Below are positions 9,881-19,158 of a stretch of DNA of 64,000 nucleotides, in pieces. Location: the NCBI GenBank assembly GCA_041946805.1, contig JBHGBC010000009.1, positions 16,372 through 80,371 of the forward strand. Direction: 5' to 3'. Positions within the stretch are counted from its first letter, which is position 1. Every line of letters begins with the position of its first letter. This stretch comes from a bacterium. GTDB taxonomy: Bacteria; Hinthialibacterota; Hinthialibacteria; Hinthialibacterales; Hinthialibacteraceae. Under the pieces are notes generated by a model. That model saw nothing but the letters and a program-made list of their open reading frames with translations, was not told the DNA's origin and did no database searches. A program made the translations under genes and the position numbers.

Positions 9881-10576
9881 ATGAACGCAACCGGCCAGTC
9901 CGTCCTGCTCCAAACCATTCATCTCCGCAAGGTATACCGTACCGGCGATGTGGACCTGGAAGTCTTGAAAAACCTGGATCTCGAGGTCTATGAGAAAGAG
10001 TTCCTGGCCATCAGCGGGGAATCGGGATCGGGCAAGTCCACCCTCCTCCATCTGCTGGGATGCCTGGACGAAATCACGGAAGGGACCATCCTTTATCGTG
10101 GACAAGATCTCACCCGGGCGGGCAACGGCGAAACCAACCGCCTCCGCAACCGCGAATTCGGTTTTGTTTTCCAATTTCATCATCTCATGCCGGAATTCAA
10201 CGTCTTGGAGAACGTGGCCCTCCCCGGTTTGATCGCCCGCCGCCCGGCCAAGGAAGTGTGGAAGCAGGCCGAAGCGATCCTGCGGGATCTCCGTCTCGGC
10301 CACCGGCTGTATTACAAACCGCCCCGCTTGTCGGGAGGCGAGCAGCAACGGGTCGCCGTGGCCCGCGCCATGATCAACGATCCCTCCATCCTGTTCATGG
10401 ATGAACCGACCGGCAACCTGGATCCCGCCACCAGCAGCGAACTGATCGCCCTGATCCGGGAGCAGCAACTGGCCCGCGGATTGACGATCGTCATGGTGAC
10501 CCACAATCTGGCCATTGCCGGCCAGGCGAACCGTCATCAGTTGTTGCGGGACGGCTGCCTGCACACGGCCGCGTGA
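9881..10576 (+). CDS. lolD: Lipoprotein-releasing ABC transporter ATPase LolD
   Basis: Walker A GESGSGKST, RNREFGFVFQFHHL, LSGGEQQRVAVARA and DEPTGNLD. Confidence 0.88.
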   Translation: MNATGQSVLLQTIHLRKVYRTGDVDLEVLKNLDLEVYEKEFLAISGESGSGKSTLLHLLGCLDEITEGTILYRGQDLTRAGNGETNRLRNREFGFVFQFHHLMPEFNVLENVALPGLIARRPAKEVWKQAEAILRDLRLGHRLYYKPPRLSGGEQQRVAVARAMINDPSILFMDEPTGNLDPATSSELIALIREQQLARGLTIVMVTHNLAIAGQANRHQLLRDGCLHTAA

Positions 10577-10980
10577 ATCCTTCGGGTGTTCCTTTCCTCT
10601 GGAACCGCCATCTGGTCCAATCCGCGCTTCTCAAGAATCTCCGTAAGCCCGCCGATAGTAAGGGATGTCTTGCCAGGGAAGGCAACCGGATCCATGGATG
10701 GATCAAGCCGGTCAGGGATCATGCATGGATCGAACAGCCTTTCGGATTGACATTTCTTCCTTACGATCCCGGTTTCGGTGACCTGATTTTCCATGAAGCT
10801 GTCAGGCCGGAATGGATACGCGGCGTCATCGGTTCGAGGAGAGTAATCCGTGGATTCGGATCGGTACGGGAAGGGGGTCATCGGGCTATCGAGGTGGTGA
10901 TTCCTGGCCGGTTTCTTTGGAATTGGATCCGGCAAACAAACTCATCCCCCCGAATTTCGGGGATCCGGGGGGATTTTTAA
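10573..10980 (+). CDS. Hypothetical protein
   Basis: GTGA overlap with the lolD stop; no recognisable motif. Confidence 0.35.
   Translation: MNPSGVPFLWNRHLVQSALLKNLRKPADSKGCLAREGNRIHGWIKPVRDHAWIEQPFGLTFLPYDPGFGDLIFHEAVRPEWIRGVIGSRRVIRGFGSVREGGHRAIEVVIPGRFLWNWIRQTNSSPRISGIRGDF
10944..10978. terminator. Probable intrinsic terminator between convergent genes
   Basis: ATCCCCCCG..CGGGGGGAT stem followed by TTTTT. Confidence 0.55.
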
Positions 10981-11007
10981 TTCATTTGGGGGATTCTTTC
11001 AGGATCG

Positions 11008-12402
11008 TTAGACGATCTTGGGGATCTCCACCCGCTTCTGCGTCTCGGCGGCTTCCTGACCGGCAAAGCACGCCTGGGCCGCCAGGAGTCCCCGGACTCC
11101 GTTGCACAGATTGGGAGCGCCCCGGCGGATGGTGTCCGCGAAGCCCATCAGTTCCCATTTGTACGGCTCGGTGGGCGACATGGTGGACGCGCCGCCGCCG
11201 CCGGTGGCTTCGCCTGAAACGTGGGCGGCGAAAGCGGAACCGGTCTTGGCTTCTTGGGTGACGGCCACGCCCGTGCTCTTTTGGCCTTCCGCGGCTTTCT
11301 TGGCGGACGCTTCGTCCCAGCCGGGCTCCCAGAAAAGATAGGATTCGTTTTCGTTCTTGAGGATGATGGTGCCAAAGGTTCCCATGATCTCTTCATAGTA
11401 ATTGTCATAGGAATTGCTTTGAATGGCGGAATAAGAGACCGTGCGGCCGCCGGGGTATTCGTAAATGGCGTAGATGTGGTCCGCGATGTTCCGGTCGTCA
11501 TCCTTGTAGGTCCGCTTGCGGTCCCGTTCCTCGCCTTCTTTCCACTGGTTGTAGGAAGACAGGCGCATCTGGTCTTCCAGGGTCTTGTAGCGCCCGGAGG
11601 AGGCGACCACGGCGGTGGGGCCGATATCGCCGAAAAACCAGTTGGTGATGGCGACCTGGTGGCTGGCCAACTCGGTCCACATGCCGTGGGACGTGTCGCT
11701 GTACCAGCGCCAGTTCACCATGTGCTGGGGATCCTTGTACCCCCACTTGGACGGATCGAACTTCAGCAGGTTTTCGTAATGCTTGTCTTCGACGAACGTC
11801 CAGTAGTTCCAGTCGGTGTTGCGGTGCCACAAGGCCCGGATGTGATACACATTGCCGATCAGGCCTTCGTGGATCATCCGGTAGGCGTCCCAATAGAGCG
11901 GATTGTAGAACCGCTGATGGCCGACTTGGAGATTTTTGCCGGTTTCCTGAGCGGTCTTCACCATGTTTTGGCAATCTTCCACGGAAAACGCCATGGTTTT
12001 TTCGGTGAATGCGTGCTTGCCGGCCTTCATGGCTTCAATGGCCATGGGGGCGTGCATGTGCAGGGGTGTGGCGATCACCACCGCTTCCACTTCCGGATCG
12101 TTGAGCAGGTCGTGGTAATCCTCGTACACGCGGGATTCCGGGGAATGGCCGCACTGGCCGATCCACCATTTGCCGATCGCCTGGTTGTCCGGCCGGATGT
12201 CGGACATGGCCACGACGTACGTATATTTCGGATCCATGGCCTGGATAAGTATGCGTCCTTCCATTCCCGTGCCGATGATCCCGATCTTGACCGGCCCGGC
12301 TTGCGCGGCGGAATAAGCAAATGCTCCAACAGCAGGAAGCGCGGCGACGGCTTTCAAGAAGTTTCGGCGCCCGATTTCTTTTTGACCTTCGTTGAGCTGC
12401 AT
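11008..12402 (-). CDS. Tat-exported Gfo/Idh/MocA family oxidoreductase
   Basis: RRNFLK Tat signal, IGIIGTG, IATPLHMH, FTEKTMA and QVGHQR; start 12402 or 12408. Confidence 0.9.
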   Translation of the reverse strand: MQLNEGQKEIGRRNFLKAVAALPAVGAFAYSAAQAGPVKIGIIGTGMEGRILIQAMDPKYTYVVAMSDIRPDNQAIGKWWIGQCGHSPESRVYEDYHDLLNDPEVEAVVIATPLHMHAPMAIEAMKAGKHAFTEKTMAFSVEDCQNMVKTAQETGKNLQVGHQRFYNPLYWDAYRMIHEGLIGNVYHIRALWHRNTDWNYWTFVEDKHYENLLKFDPSKWGYKDPQHMVNWRWYSDTSHGMWTELASHQVAITNWFFGDIGPTAVVASSGRYKTLEDQMRLSSYNQWKEGEERDRKRTYKDDDRNIADHIYAIYEYPGGRTVSYSAIQSNSYDNYYEEIMGTFGTIILKNENESYLFWEPGWDEASAKKAAEGQKSTGVAVTQEAKTGSAFAAHVSGEATGGGGASTMSPTEPYKWELMGFADTIRRGAPNLCNGVRGLLAAQACFAGQEAAETQKRVEIPKIV

Positions 12403-12477
12403 CTTCACTTTCCTCGCTTTCGATCTTTTCGTAGGTTTTTTTCGTGTTGTCGTTTTCGTGATCCGGAATGCGACCGC

Positions 12478-13092
12478 TTACGCTTCCGCCGGCGGAGCTT
12501 CGGCCGGTTGTTCCTCCGGCTCCTCCTTGGCGAACCATTGCCGGACATAGACATCCAGCCCGCAAATCAGGCCCGAGTTGATCGTCAACAAGGCGGCCAA
12601 GGCCAGGAACTCGATCAGGTTCTTGTTGACGTACATGTAGTTCCCTTCCGTGTTGAGCATGTGCTTGCCCGCCCACTGGGCATGATCCAGGGAGATCTTG
12701 TAGGGCGCCCATTGGAAATTCGCGCCCCACCGTTCATACGGGGGCATGGCCTCGATGGGAGGCGCGGCCGAATAGAACATGATCAACAGCACCATGGCCA
12801 GCAAGATGGAGCACCGGGTGAACAGCCCCAGCATCATTCCCAGGCCGGACAGAAACAACATCCACGGCATGGTGAAATTGGCGAGGTTGAGCATCCAGGG
12901 CGTCTCCCCGATCATCCGGAAATAAGGCGAGAGGGGGCCCCAGGAATTCACCAAATACCCCACGGCGGTCCATGTCGGATCGCATAATTTCACCCAGCCT
13001 TCACGGAGAAAATGCCATCCGATCGCGATTCGCAGCAGAACGAAGAAGAAGCTCTGCCACCCACTCAGGTAGTAGCGCGGTGTTCTTGACAC
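12478..13092 (-). CDS. DoxX/DoxD-like membrane protein
   Basis: LLRIAIGWHFLREGWVK, LGLFTR, EGNYMYVNKNLIE and GLD. Confidence 0.85.
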   Translation of the reverse strand: MSRTPRYYLSGWQSFFFVLLRIAIGWHFLREGWVKLCDPTWTAVGYLVNSWGPLSPYFRMIGETPWMLNLANFTMPWMLFLSGLGMMLGLFTRCSILLAMVLLIMFYSAAPPIEAMPPYERWGANFQWAPYKISLDHAQWAGKHMLNTEGNYMYVNKNLIEFLALAALLTINSGLICGLDVYVRQWFAKEEPEEQPAEAPPAEA

Positions 13093-14168
13093 GATGCCAA
13101 TAATACCTCCACACGTTCGGGATTTAAGTTGGACGTGATTATTTCCGCTCGGCCTTGTTCATCAGGCTTCCGCAAGATCAATACGCCTATCTCAGGGTGA
13201 TTTTCACAGTATTCCAGGGTTTTCTCAACCCCCATCACATAAAATGCCGTCGAAAGCGCTTCCGCCCGCGCGGCGTTGGGGGCGGTGACGTTCACGTTCA
13301 GCACCTCGCCGGCCGGCCAGCCCGTCCGGGGATCGAGGATGTGGCCGTAGGTTTGGCCGTCCACTTCGATCTTTTGCAGCTCCGCGCCGGACGATGAAAA
13401 TCCCTCGCCGCGCAGCCGCAGATGGGCCAGGGGATGCTGATGGTCCAGCGGATTCCGGACATCGATCTGCCAGGCATCCCGCCATTTCGGAGCGCCCGAG
13501 GCCAAAACGCTGCTGAATCCCCCGTTCAGCAGGACCGTGGTCAGGTTTTCCTGACGCGCCAGCCGCAGGCCGTAGTCCAGCGCCAGGCCTTTGCCCAGGC
13601 TGGCGGGAGTCAGCTCGATCCCCTCCTTGAGGAAGAAAACCGTCCGCTCCGTCTCGTTCAATTCGACATACTCCATACCCATCCGGCGCCGCGCCGCGTC
13701 AATCTCGTCCTGCGTAGGCACACGGCCCTGGCGGGAAAAAAATCCCCAACAGCGTGACAGGGGCGTGCTGGTGATGTCGAACGCCCCCTGGGTTTCCTGG
13801 TGCGTCTCTTGCGCCAGTTTTACCAATTCGAAAATCTCCGGACCGACCGGGACCGGTTCGCGCGCCGCGAGACGGTTCACCCGGACCAGTTCCGATTCCC
13901 CCTTCCACAGGGTCAAGACCGCTTCCACCCGGTCGATTTCGTCCAGGATCCGCATGCCGGTTTTCCGGACTTCCATCTTTTCGTAGTTGCAGTAGAGGAC
14001 CTCGAAATCGGTGGCCATGGCTTCCCGCCGCAGCCGGACATACGACCGGTCCAGCCCCAGGAACGCGAGAGGCTCCTTGAAATCGATGGCATCAGCAATT
14101 TGGTTCCAGAAATTCTGCAGGCCGCCCTGGAAAAAATCGCGGCGCGAGGGGGGTGTGGAACGGGGCAC
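13065..14168 (-). CDS. apbE: FAD:protein FMN transferase ApbE
   Basis: AMATDF, GAFDIT, SLGKGLALD, GHILDPRTGWP and AEALSTAFYVMG. Confidence 0.92.
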   Translation of the reverse strand: MPRSTPPSRRDFFQGGLQNFWNQIADAIDFKEPLAFLGLDRSYVRLRREAMATDFEVLYCNYEKMEVRKTGMRILDEIDRVEAVLTLWKGESELVRVNRLAAREPVPVGPEIFELVKLAQETHQETQGAFDITSTPLSRCWGFFSRQGRVPTQDEIDAARRRMGMEYVELNETERTVFFLKEGIELTPASLGKGLALDYGLRLARQENLTTVLLNGGFSSVLASGAPKWRDAWQIDVRNPLDHQHPLAHLRLRGEGFSSSGAELQKIEVDGQTYGHILDPRTGWPAGEVLNVNVTAPNAARAEALSTAFYVMGVEKTLEYCENHPEIGVLILRKPDEQGRAEIITSNLNPERVEVLLASCQEHRATT

Positions 14169-14380
14169 GTACGGATCTCCCTGCCGAAGGATGCAATTCG
14201 ACGTTTCGCTGGATAGGCTGCCAAAAACAATTATACTGAGAGAACGGATTTTTCTATAGGTTCAAGCCCTCCCGGTTCGACCGCCTGGTCTCCACCTCTT
14301 GCGTGACTCCTCCACCGGCGTTCTCGAATCAAGAAATCGGAGGTTGCCCCTATTTATGGCAGAGGAGATTTGGATCGCCG

Positions 14381-15358
14381 ATGAAATCGGAATCGTGGTT
14401 GAATCAGGCTCTCGCGGCGGAGCCTGCCGCCCCAAGCCTGGGTATCTGGTCTTTATACTTCGAACTGGGTAAACCGCGTCTCTCCACGCTGGTGGTGATC
14501 ACTACCTTCGCGGGATTCATGCTGGCGGGGCCGGAGATTTTCCATCCCGGCTTGCTGTTCTGGACCCTCGTGGGAACCGCGTGCGCCGCCCTGGGCGCGA
14601 ATTCGTTCAACCAGTGGCGGGAGGCCGCGCTGGACGCCCGCATGGAGCGGACCCGGCGGCGTCCCTTGCCCATGGGACAGTTGTCGCCCCGCCACGCGCT
14701 CATGTGGTCGTGGTCCGTTTCCCTCACCGGCGTGGTGATTCTGGCTTTGTTCGTGAACGGCCTGACCGCGTTTCTCGGCGCGCTCAATATTCTGATCTAC
14801 GTGCTGGTTTACACGCCGCTCAAACGGGTGAGCTCGCTCTGCACTCTGGCCGGGGCGGTGTGCGGCGCGATCCCCCCCCTGATGGGATGGTCGGCCGCCA
14901 CCGGAGGCTTGGAATACGGAGCCTGGCTTCTGGCCGCCACCCTGTTCGTGTGGCAGATCCCCCATTTTCTCTCTCTGGCTTGGCTCTACCGGGAGGATTA
15001 CGCCCGGGGCGGCTTCCGCATGCTGCCCGTCACCGATCCCTCCGGCCGGGTGACCTGCCCGTTGATCGTGCTGTATACACTGGCCCTGGTGCCGGTGGGT
15101 TTGGCCTTCTTTTTGGGCGGATTGAGCGGGTATTTCTTCCTTTTCACATCCTTTCTGCTGGGCCTGTCGTTTTTGTATCTGGGCTTGCGGTTGTTCTGGC
15201 GGCGCACGGAAGCCAATGCCCGCCGGGTGTTCTTCGCCAGTTTGATCTATTTGCCGTTGTTCATGGGATTTTTGGTGATCGACCAGTCGTTGCCGAGTCC
15301 GCATGCGCGGGGGTTGCAGGTTTCGGAGTGGCAGGCCAAGCTCGAACCCCTGGGTTGA
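14381..15358 (+). CDS. ctaB: Protoheme IX farnesyltransferase (heme o synthase)
   Basis: KPRL, DARMERTRRRPLP, YTPLKR, GAIPPLMGW, WQIPHF and EDYARGG. Confidence 0.95.
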   Translation: MKSESWLNQALAAEPAAPSLGIWSLYFELGKPRLSTLVVITTFAGFMLAGPEIFHPGLLFWTLVGTACAALGANSFNQWREAALDARMERTRRRPLPMGQLSPRHALMWSWSVSLTGVVILALFVNGLTAFLGALNILIYVLVYTPLKRVSSLCTLAGAVCGAIPPLMGWSAATGGLEYGAWLLAATLFVWQIPHFLSLAWLYREDYARGGFRMLPVTDPSGRVTCPLIVLYTLALVPVGLAFFLGGLSGYFFLFTSFLLGLSFLYLGLRLFWRRTEANARRVFFASLIYLPLFMGFLVIDQSLPSPHARGLQVSEWQAKLEPLG

Positions 15359-15491
15359 ACCCCTGGGCTGTTTCAGGCGGTCCCTTGAAAGGGGCGCTGA
15401 GGGGGAAGAATGGGGTGATTGCGAAATCCGGGAAGGTGTGGGGTGATGAAAGGGCTTCCCGCACCCTTGCCCTTTCCCAGAGGGAGAGGGA
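15352..15491 (+). repeat. 140-bp composite repeat, copy 1
   Basis: Aligns end to end with 33598-33737 (gggttgaa..cct.ggctgtt, gaaagggg, aaatccg.gaag, agggctt, then the hairpin). Confidence 0.7.
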
Positions 15492-15627
15492 ATCGTGACG
15501 CGCTCCCATCAAAACTCGTATGACGAATAAAGAACTGAGAAAGGTCTGCATTCGAGTATATAGTGACTCCCGAAGGATTCCCGTTTGGTAGGTTTTCAAT
15601 TAGTTTCTAATTGCATGGCCTATTTCC

Positions 15628-16728
15628 ATGAATGAACCATCCCATTCTCCTGAGCCATTACCGGCCGAACCGCCCCGCATGCTGCAATTCGCCAGCGGCG
15701 GGTGGGCGATTTTCCTGGCTGTGATCCTGTGCGTGGGGGCGCTCGTCTGGCATTTGAAATACGAAGTTCCAGCAAACAATCCAACCAGACCGGGAGACGG
15801 CCGGCATGTCGAGACATATGGATTCGACCTTTCCACCTGCCGGATTCCCCGGGAGCAGCTCGTGGCGGCCGGGATGCCCAAGGATGGATTGCCCGCGCTC
15901 TCCAATCCTCCTGTCATGTCCGCAGTGGATGTGGAAATCCTCAACGATCGGCAACGGGGCAAGTACCTGGTGCCCTCCGACCGGGTGATCGGCGTGGAAA
16001 TCGCGGGGCAGGCGCGCGCGTATCCCTTGCGTGTTATGAATTGGCACGAAGTGATCAACGATACGATCGCGAAGACGCCCGTCCTGGTAACATACAGCCC
16101 CTTCTGCGACAGTCCGGCGGTTTACCGCCGGCCGGTGAATGGCGATACACTGGAATTCGGCGCGGGCGGCTTGATGTTCAATTCCAACCCGCTCTTGTTT
16201 GACCGGAGGGCGAATGGGGCGGGGGAGAGCCTCTGGAGCCAGTTGCTGGGCGAAGCCGTGGCGGGTCCGGCCGCTGCCGCGGGGCAAGGCCTGGAACGGA
16301 TTCCCTGTTTTCTGATGGGATATGGAGATTGGGTGAACGAGCATCCCGGGACCACGGTGTTGTCGCCGGATCCCCGGTACCAGGATCTCTACAAGAAAAA
16401 TTTCGGGAATTATTTCGGATCGGATGTTTTGCGCTTCCCCGTGACTCCCTGGCCCCCCGATCCGGATCTGCCCAAGAAAACGCCGGTGATCGTGGTTCGT
16501 ACCGGGGATGGTTCCCAGGCCTACACGTATGAAGCGATCGCCGGCCGGGTGGCCGCGGATGCGGTCTGGAACACCGATATCGGCGGCGTCCCGGTGCGAT
16601 TCCGCTATTACGCCCATCCCCCCGCGGTCATTGCCGCGTCCAACGGTTCCTCTAAACCCGTGGAAGTGATTTACGCGTTTTGGTTCGCCTGGTACGCGCT
16701 GCATCCCGACACGGCGCTGGCGCGGTAG
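15628..16728 (+). CDS. DUF3179 domain membrane-anchored protein
   Basis: KDGLPALSNP, RAYPLRVMNWHEVIND, VTYSPFCDS, ESLWSQLLG and FWFAWYALHPDT. Confidence 0.85.
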   Translation: MNEPSHSPEPLPAEPPRMLQFASGGWAIFLAVILCVGALVWHLKYEVPANNPTRPGDGRHVETYGFDLSTCRIPREQLVAAGMPKDGLPALSNPPVMSAVDVEILNDRQRGKYLVPSDRVIGVEIAGQARAYPLRVMNWHEVINDTIAKTPVLVTYSPFCDSPAVYRRPVNGDTLEFGAGGLMFNSNPLLFDRRANGAGESLWSQLLGEAVAGPAAAAGQGLERIPCFLMGYGDWVNEHPGTTVLSPDPRYQDLYKKNFGNYFGSDVLRFPVTPWPPDPDLPKKTPVIVVRTGDGSQAYTYEAIAGRVAADAVWNTDIGGVPVRFRYYAHPPAVIAASNGSSKPVEVIYAFWFAWYALHPDTALAR

Positions 16729-16743
16729 GCCCGGCGGGCCGCG

Positions 16744-17364
16744 TCAACCCACGATCACCAGCAGCGTGAACAGGATGATCCACACCACGTCCAGAAAGTG
16801 CCAATAGATGGCGCTGTATTCCACGCCGGGATGGCGGGCGGCGGTGTAGATTCCCCGATGCGCCTTGCGGGTGACGATCCCCAGTTCGATCAATCCGCCG
16901 AGCACATGCAGGGCGTGCAGCCCGGTCAGCATGAAGAAGGTAAAGGCGTACAGATTCACGGACATGGTGACGCGAATCAGGATCAATTGGATCCAGTTCG
17001 CCGTCTGGTTGATTACAAACAGGTATCCCAGCCCGTTGGTGATCCACAGCCATTTCCGCAATCCCGCTGTGTCGCCGGCGCGGATCCGGCGTAACGCTAG
17101 TTGTATCGCGGCGCTGCTGAGCACAATGATCAGCGTGCTGAGCCACAGCCCGGCAGGCAGGCGCGGCATGCCTGCGGGCGGCCAGGATTCGTGCCGCAGG
17201 CGGACCGCCAGGTATCCGGTCAGGCTCGCGGCGAAGAGCATCGAGAGGGACGCGATGAAGAAGAACATGCCGAGACGTCCCGCGCCGGGCACGGATTCCC
17301 AGTGTTCGTTCGTCCGGCCGGGATCTGTGGGAGGATGGTTGGATTTGGGCGGTTGCGCGTTCAT
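16744..17364 (-). CDS. Cytochrome c oxidase subunit III (short form, copy B)
   Basis: LGMFFFIASLSMLF, LTGLHALHVLGG and YWHFLDVVW. Confidence 0.9.
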   Translation of the reverse strand: MNAQPPKSNHPPTDPGRTNEHWESVPGAGRLGMFFFIASLSMLFAASLTGYLAVRLRHESWPPAGMPRLPAGLWLSTLIIVLSSAAIQLALRRIRAGDTAGLRKWLWITNGLGYLFVINQTANWIQLILIRVTMSVNLYAFTFFMLTGLHALHVLGGLIELGIVTRKAHRGIYTAARHPGVEYSAIYWHFLDVVWIILFTLLVIVG

Positions 17365-17738
17365 TTGTTCATGAGGGGGGCGTAACCGGGGATCAGATCC
17401 GGGTAATACTCGGTGGTGTCGATCAACAGCATGACTACAAAGAGGGCGACAAACAGCAACGCGGTGATGAAAATGATGGCGTGGAAGGGTTTGTCCCAGT
17501 ACATGTGCATGAAAAACAAAACGACCAGGGAGGCTTTCAGGGTCGCGATCGCCATCGCCAGCATCAGGTTCATGCCGCCCAGGTCGATATAGGTGGCGCT
17601 GACCGTGAGGTAGGTCAGGATCATCAGCGTGATCCAGACGGCCGCCAGGATCCAGAACGATACGATATGTCCCACCCGCCCGGATTCATGGGCAGGCCCT
17701 CCATGCGGATGGACCGCTGCCTGCGCGGGATTGGTCAT
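17361..17738 (-). CDS. Cytochrome c oxidase subunit IV family protein
   Basis: IATLKASLVVLFFMHMYWD motif; ATG at 17738. Confidence 0.88.
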   Translation of the reverse strand: MTNPAQAAVHPHGGPAHESGRVGHIVSFWILAAVWITLMILTYLTVSATYIDLGGMNLMLAMAIATLKASLVVLFFMHMYWDKPFHAIIFITALLFVALFVVMLLIDTTEYYPDLIPGYAPLMNK

Positions 17739-17917
17739 GAATGGTTGCTCCTTCCGTGGTATTTCGGTTTCTCTCACCCGATGCGCGGAGGTTGGATATT
17801 TTTTCTCATCCTAGCCCTCTCCCAGAGGGAGAGGGAATTCGTAATTTGGAACCCACTCGTTCCAGAGCTTACGCCCTGGGCTGTGCTCAAACCGTGCTAT
17901 TGACTCTGAAAAGATAC

Positions 17918-18128
17918 GGTTCATCCGGTAAGTGTGTACTTTTTATCAAGCATGGCCGGCCGCTTTTCAACCGGGCCGGCCGGAAAGATCAATCCCCTAA
18001 TCCCCTCTCCCTCTGGGAGAGGGCTAGGGTGAGGGAATTTTTGTAGGGGCTGACCTTGGTGTCCGCCCTCATCCAGCGGCGGATGAAATCTATTTTGCTT
18101 CATCAGGTACGTACTTGTCGGATGAACC
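17918..18128 (+). mobile_element. MITE family 1 (~210 bp), copy a
   Basis: TIRs GGTTCATCCGGTAAGTGTGTAC / GTACGTACTTGTCGGATGAACC; flanks aaagatac / aatgataa; internal hairpin repeats. Confidence 0.8.
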
Positions 18129-18180
18129 AATGATAATACCGCCGTTCCGTAAATCATGCTTTACGAAAACTCAATTGGAC

Positions 18181-19158
18181 CTAATGGATCAAATACAACA
18201 AGGGGAACAAGTAAATCCAGATCAGGTCCACCAAATGCCAGTATAAACCCACGAAGTCCACCGGCGTGAAATAATCCGTGTTGAATTGTCCCTGCAGGGA
18301 CCGGTACAGCAGCCAGGCGATGACCACGATCCCGCCCAGGACGTGGATCCCGTGCAGGCCGGTCATCGCGAAATAAATGCCAAAGAAGATATGCACGTTC
18401 GCGGGTTTTGGGACGGTCTCATGCCCGCCGTCCCCGCTCTCCGGGGCCAGGCCGGCAGGCCCCACCGCCGCCGGGGGGATGTTGGAGCGTTCTTCCGCCA
18501 TTCCACCCGCGCCGGCCGCCGGCGTGGCGGAGGTTATAACCTGGGCCGTGGGAGCCGCTGGAGTAACGGCCGCTGGTTGTGCGGCTGAAGCCGCGGAAGG
18601 AGTGGGGGCAGAGGCTTGGGTTTGAGGAACGGGGGGCGCGGTGTTTCCGGATTCCGTTCCCGAATGGCCTGGAGCCGCGGATTCCGAATGCGGTGTCTCG
18701 TGCTCCCGCGGATGGTAATAATACCCCATCAGCAGGCCGTGTTTCCACTTTTGCTGATATTCCACATACTTGATGCCCAGAAAACCGAAGGCGCACAGCA
18801 GAGTCAGCGCCAGCAGGACGATCAATCCCCGTTGCTTGCCCATCTGCGCGCAGCGCACCGCCCAGGCCATGGTGAAACTGCTGCAGATCAGGACGATGGT
18901 GTTGATGCCGCCCAGCGTCTTGTCCAGGTATTGATGCGCGTACAGGAAAATTTCGGGATGATGGTTCCGGTACACGGCGTACGCGACGAACAGGCCCCCG
19001 AAGAACAGGACTTCCGTGGATAAAAAAATCCACATTCCCAGCTTGCCGGAATCGAATTGCTGCTGGGGCGTGTCGAAATGATGCTGCAGGAAGGGAGGAT
19101 GCCCGTGTTTCTCCTCCACCGCCGCCGGTCCGGTTCCATGTTCCATGCTAGTGACCAT
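18181..19158 (-). CDS. Cytochrome c oxidase subunit III (copy A, with Pro/Ala/Ser/Thr-rich insert)
   Basis: LGMWIFLSTEVLFFGGLF, INTIVLICSSFTMA, MTGLHGIHV and GLYWHLVDLIW. Confidence 0.92.
   Translation of the reverse strand: MVTSMEHGTGPAAVEEKHGHPPFLQHHFDTPQQQFDSGKLGMWIFLSTEVLFFGGLFVAYAVYRNHHPEIFLYAHQYLDKTLGGINTIVLICSSFTMAWAVRCAQMGKQRGLIVLLALTLLCAFGFLGIKYVEYQQKWKHGLLMGYYYHPREHETPHSESAAPGHSGTESGNTAPPVPQTQASAPTPSAASAAQPAAVTPAAPTAQVITSATPAAGAGGMAEERSNIPPAAVGPAGLAPESGDGGHETVPKPANVHIFFGIYFAMTGLHGIHVLGGIVVIAWLLYRSLQGQFNTDYFTPVDFVGLYWHLVDLIWIYLFPLLYLIH

Noticed and set aside
11221..12987. Long antisense ORFs (588 aa here; also 25616-27103, 55339-56883, 40027-41199 and others)
   Set aside because: They lie opposite well-supported genes, have no motifs, and are explained by codon bias
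17741..18157. Small ORFs spanning repeats (PLSLWERARVR / PHPSPLPEGEG peptides; also 34855-35147, 42358-42702, 53140-53473)
   Set aside because: They are translations of the hairpin repeat, not credible genes
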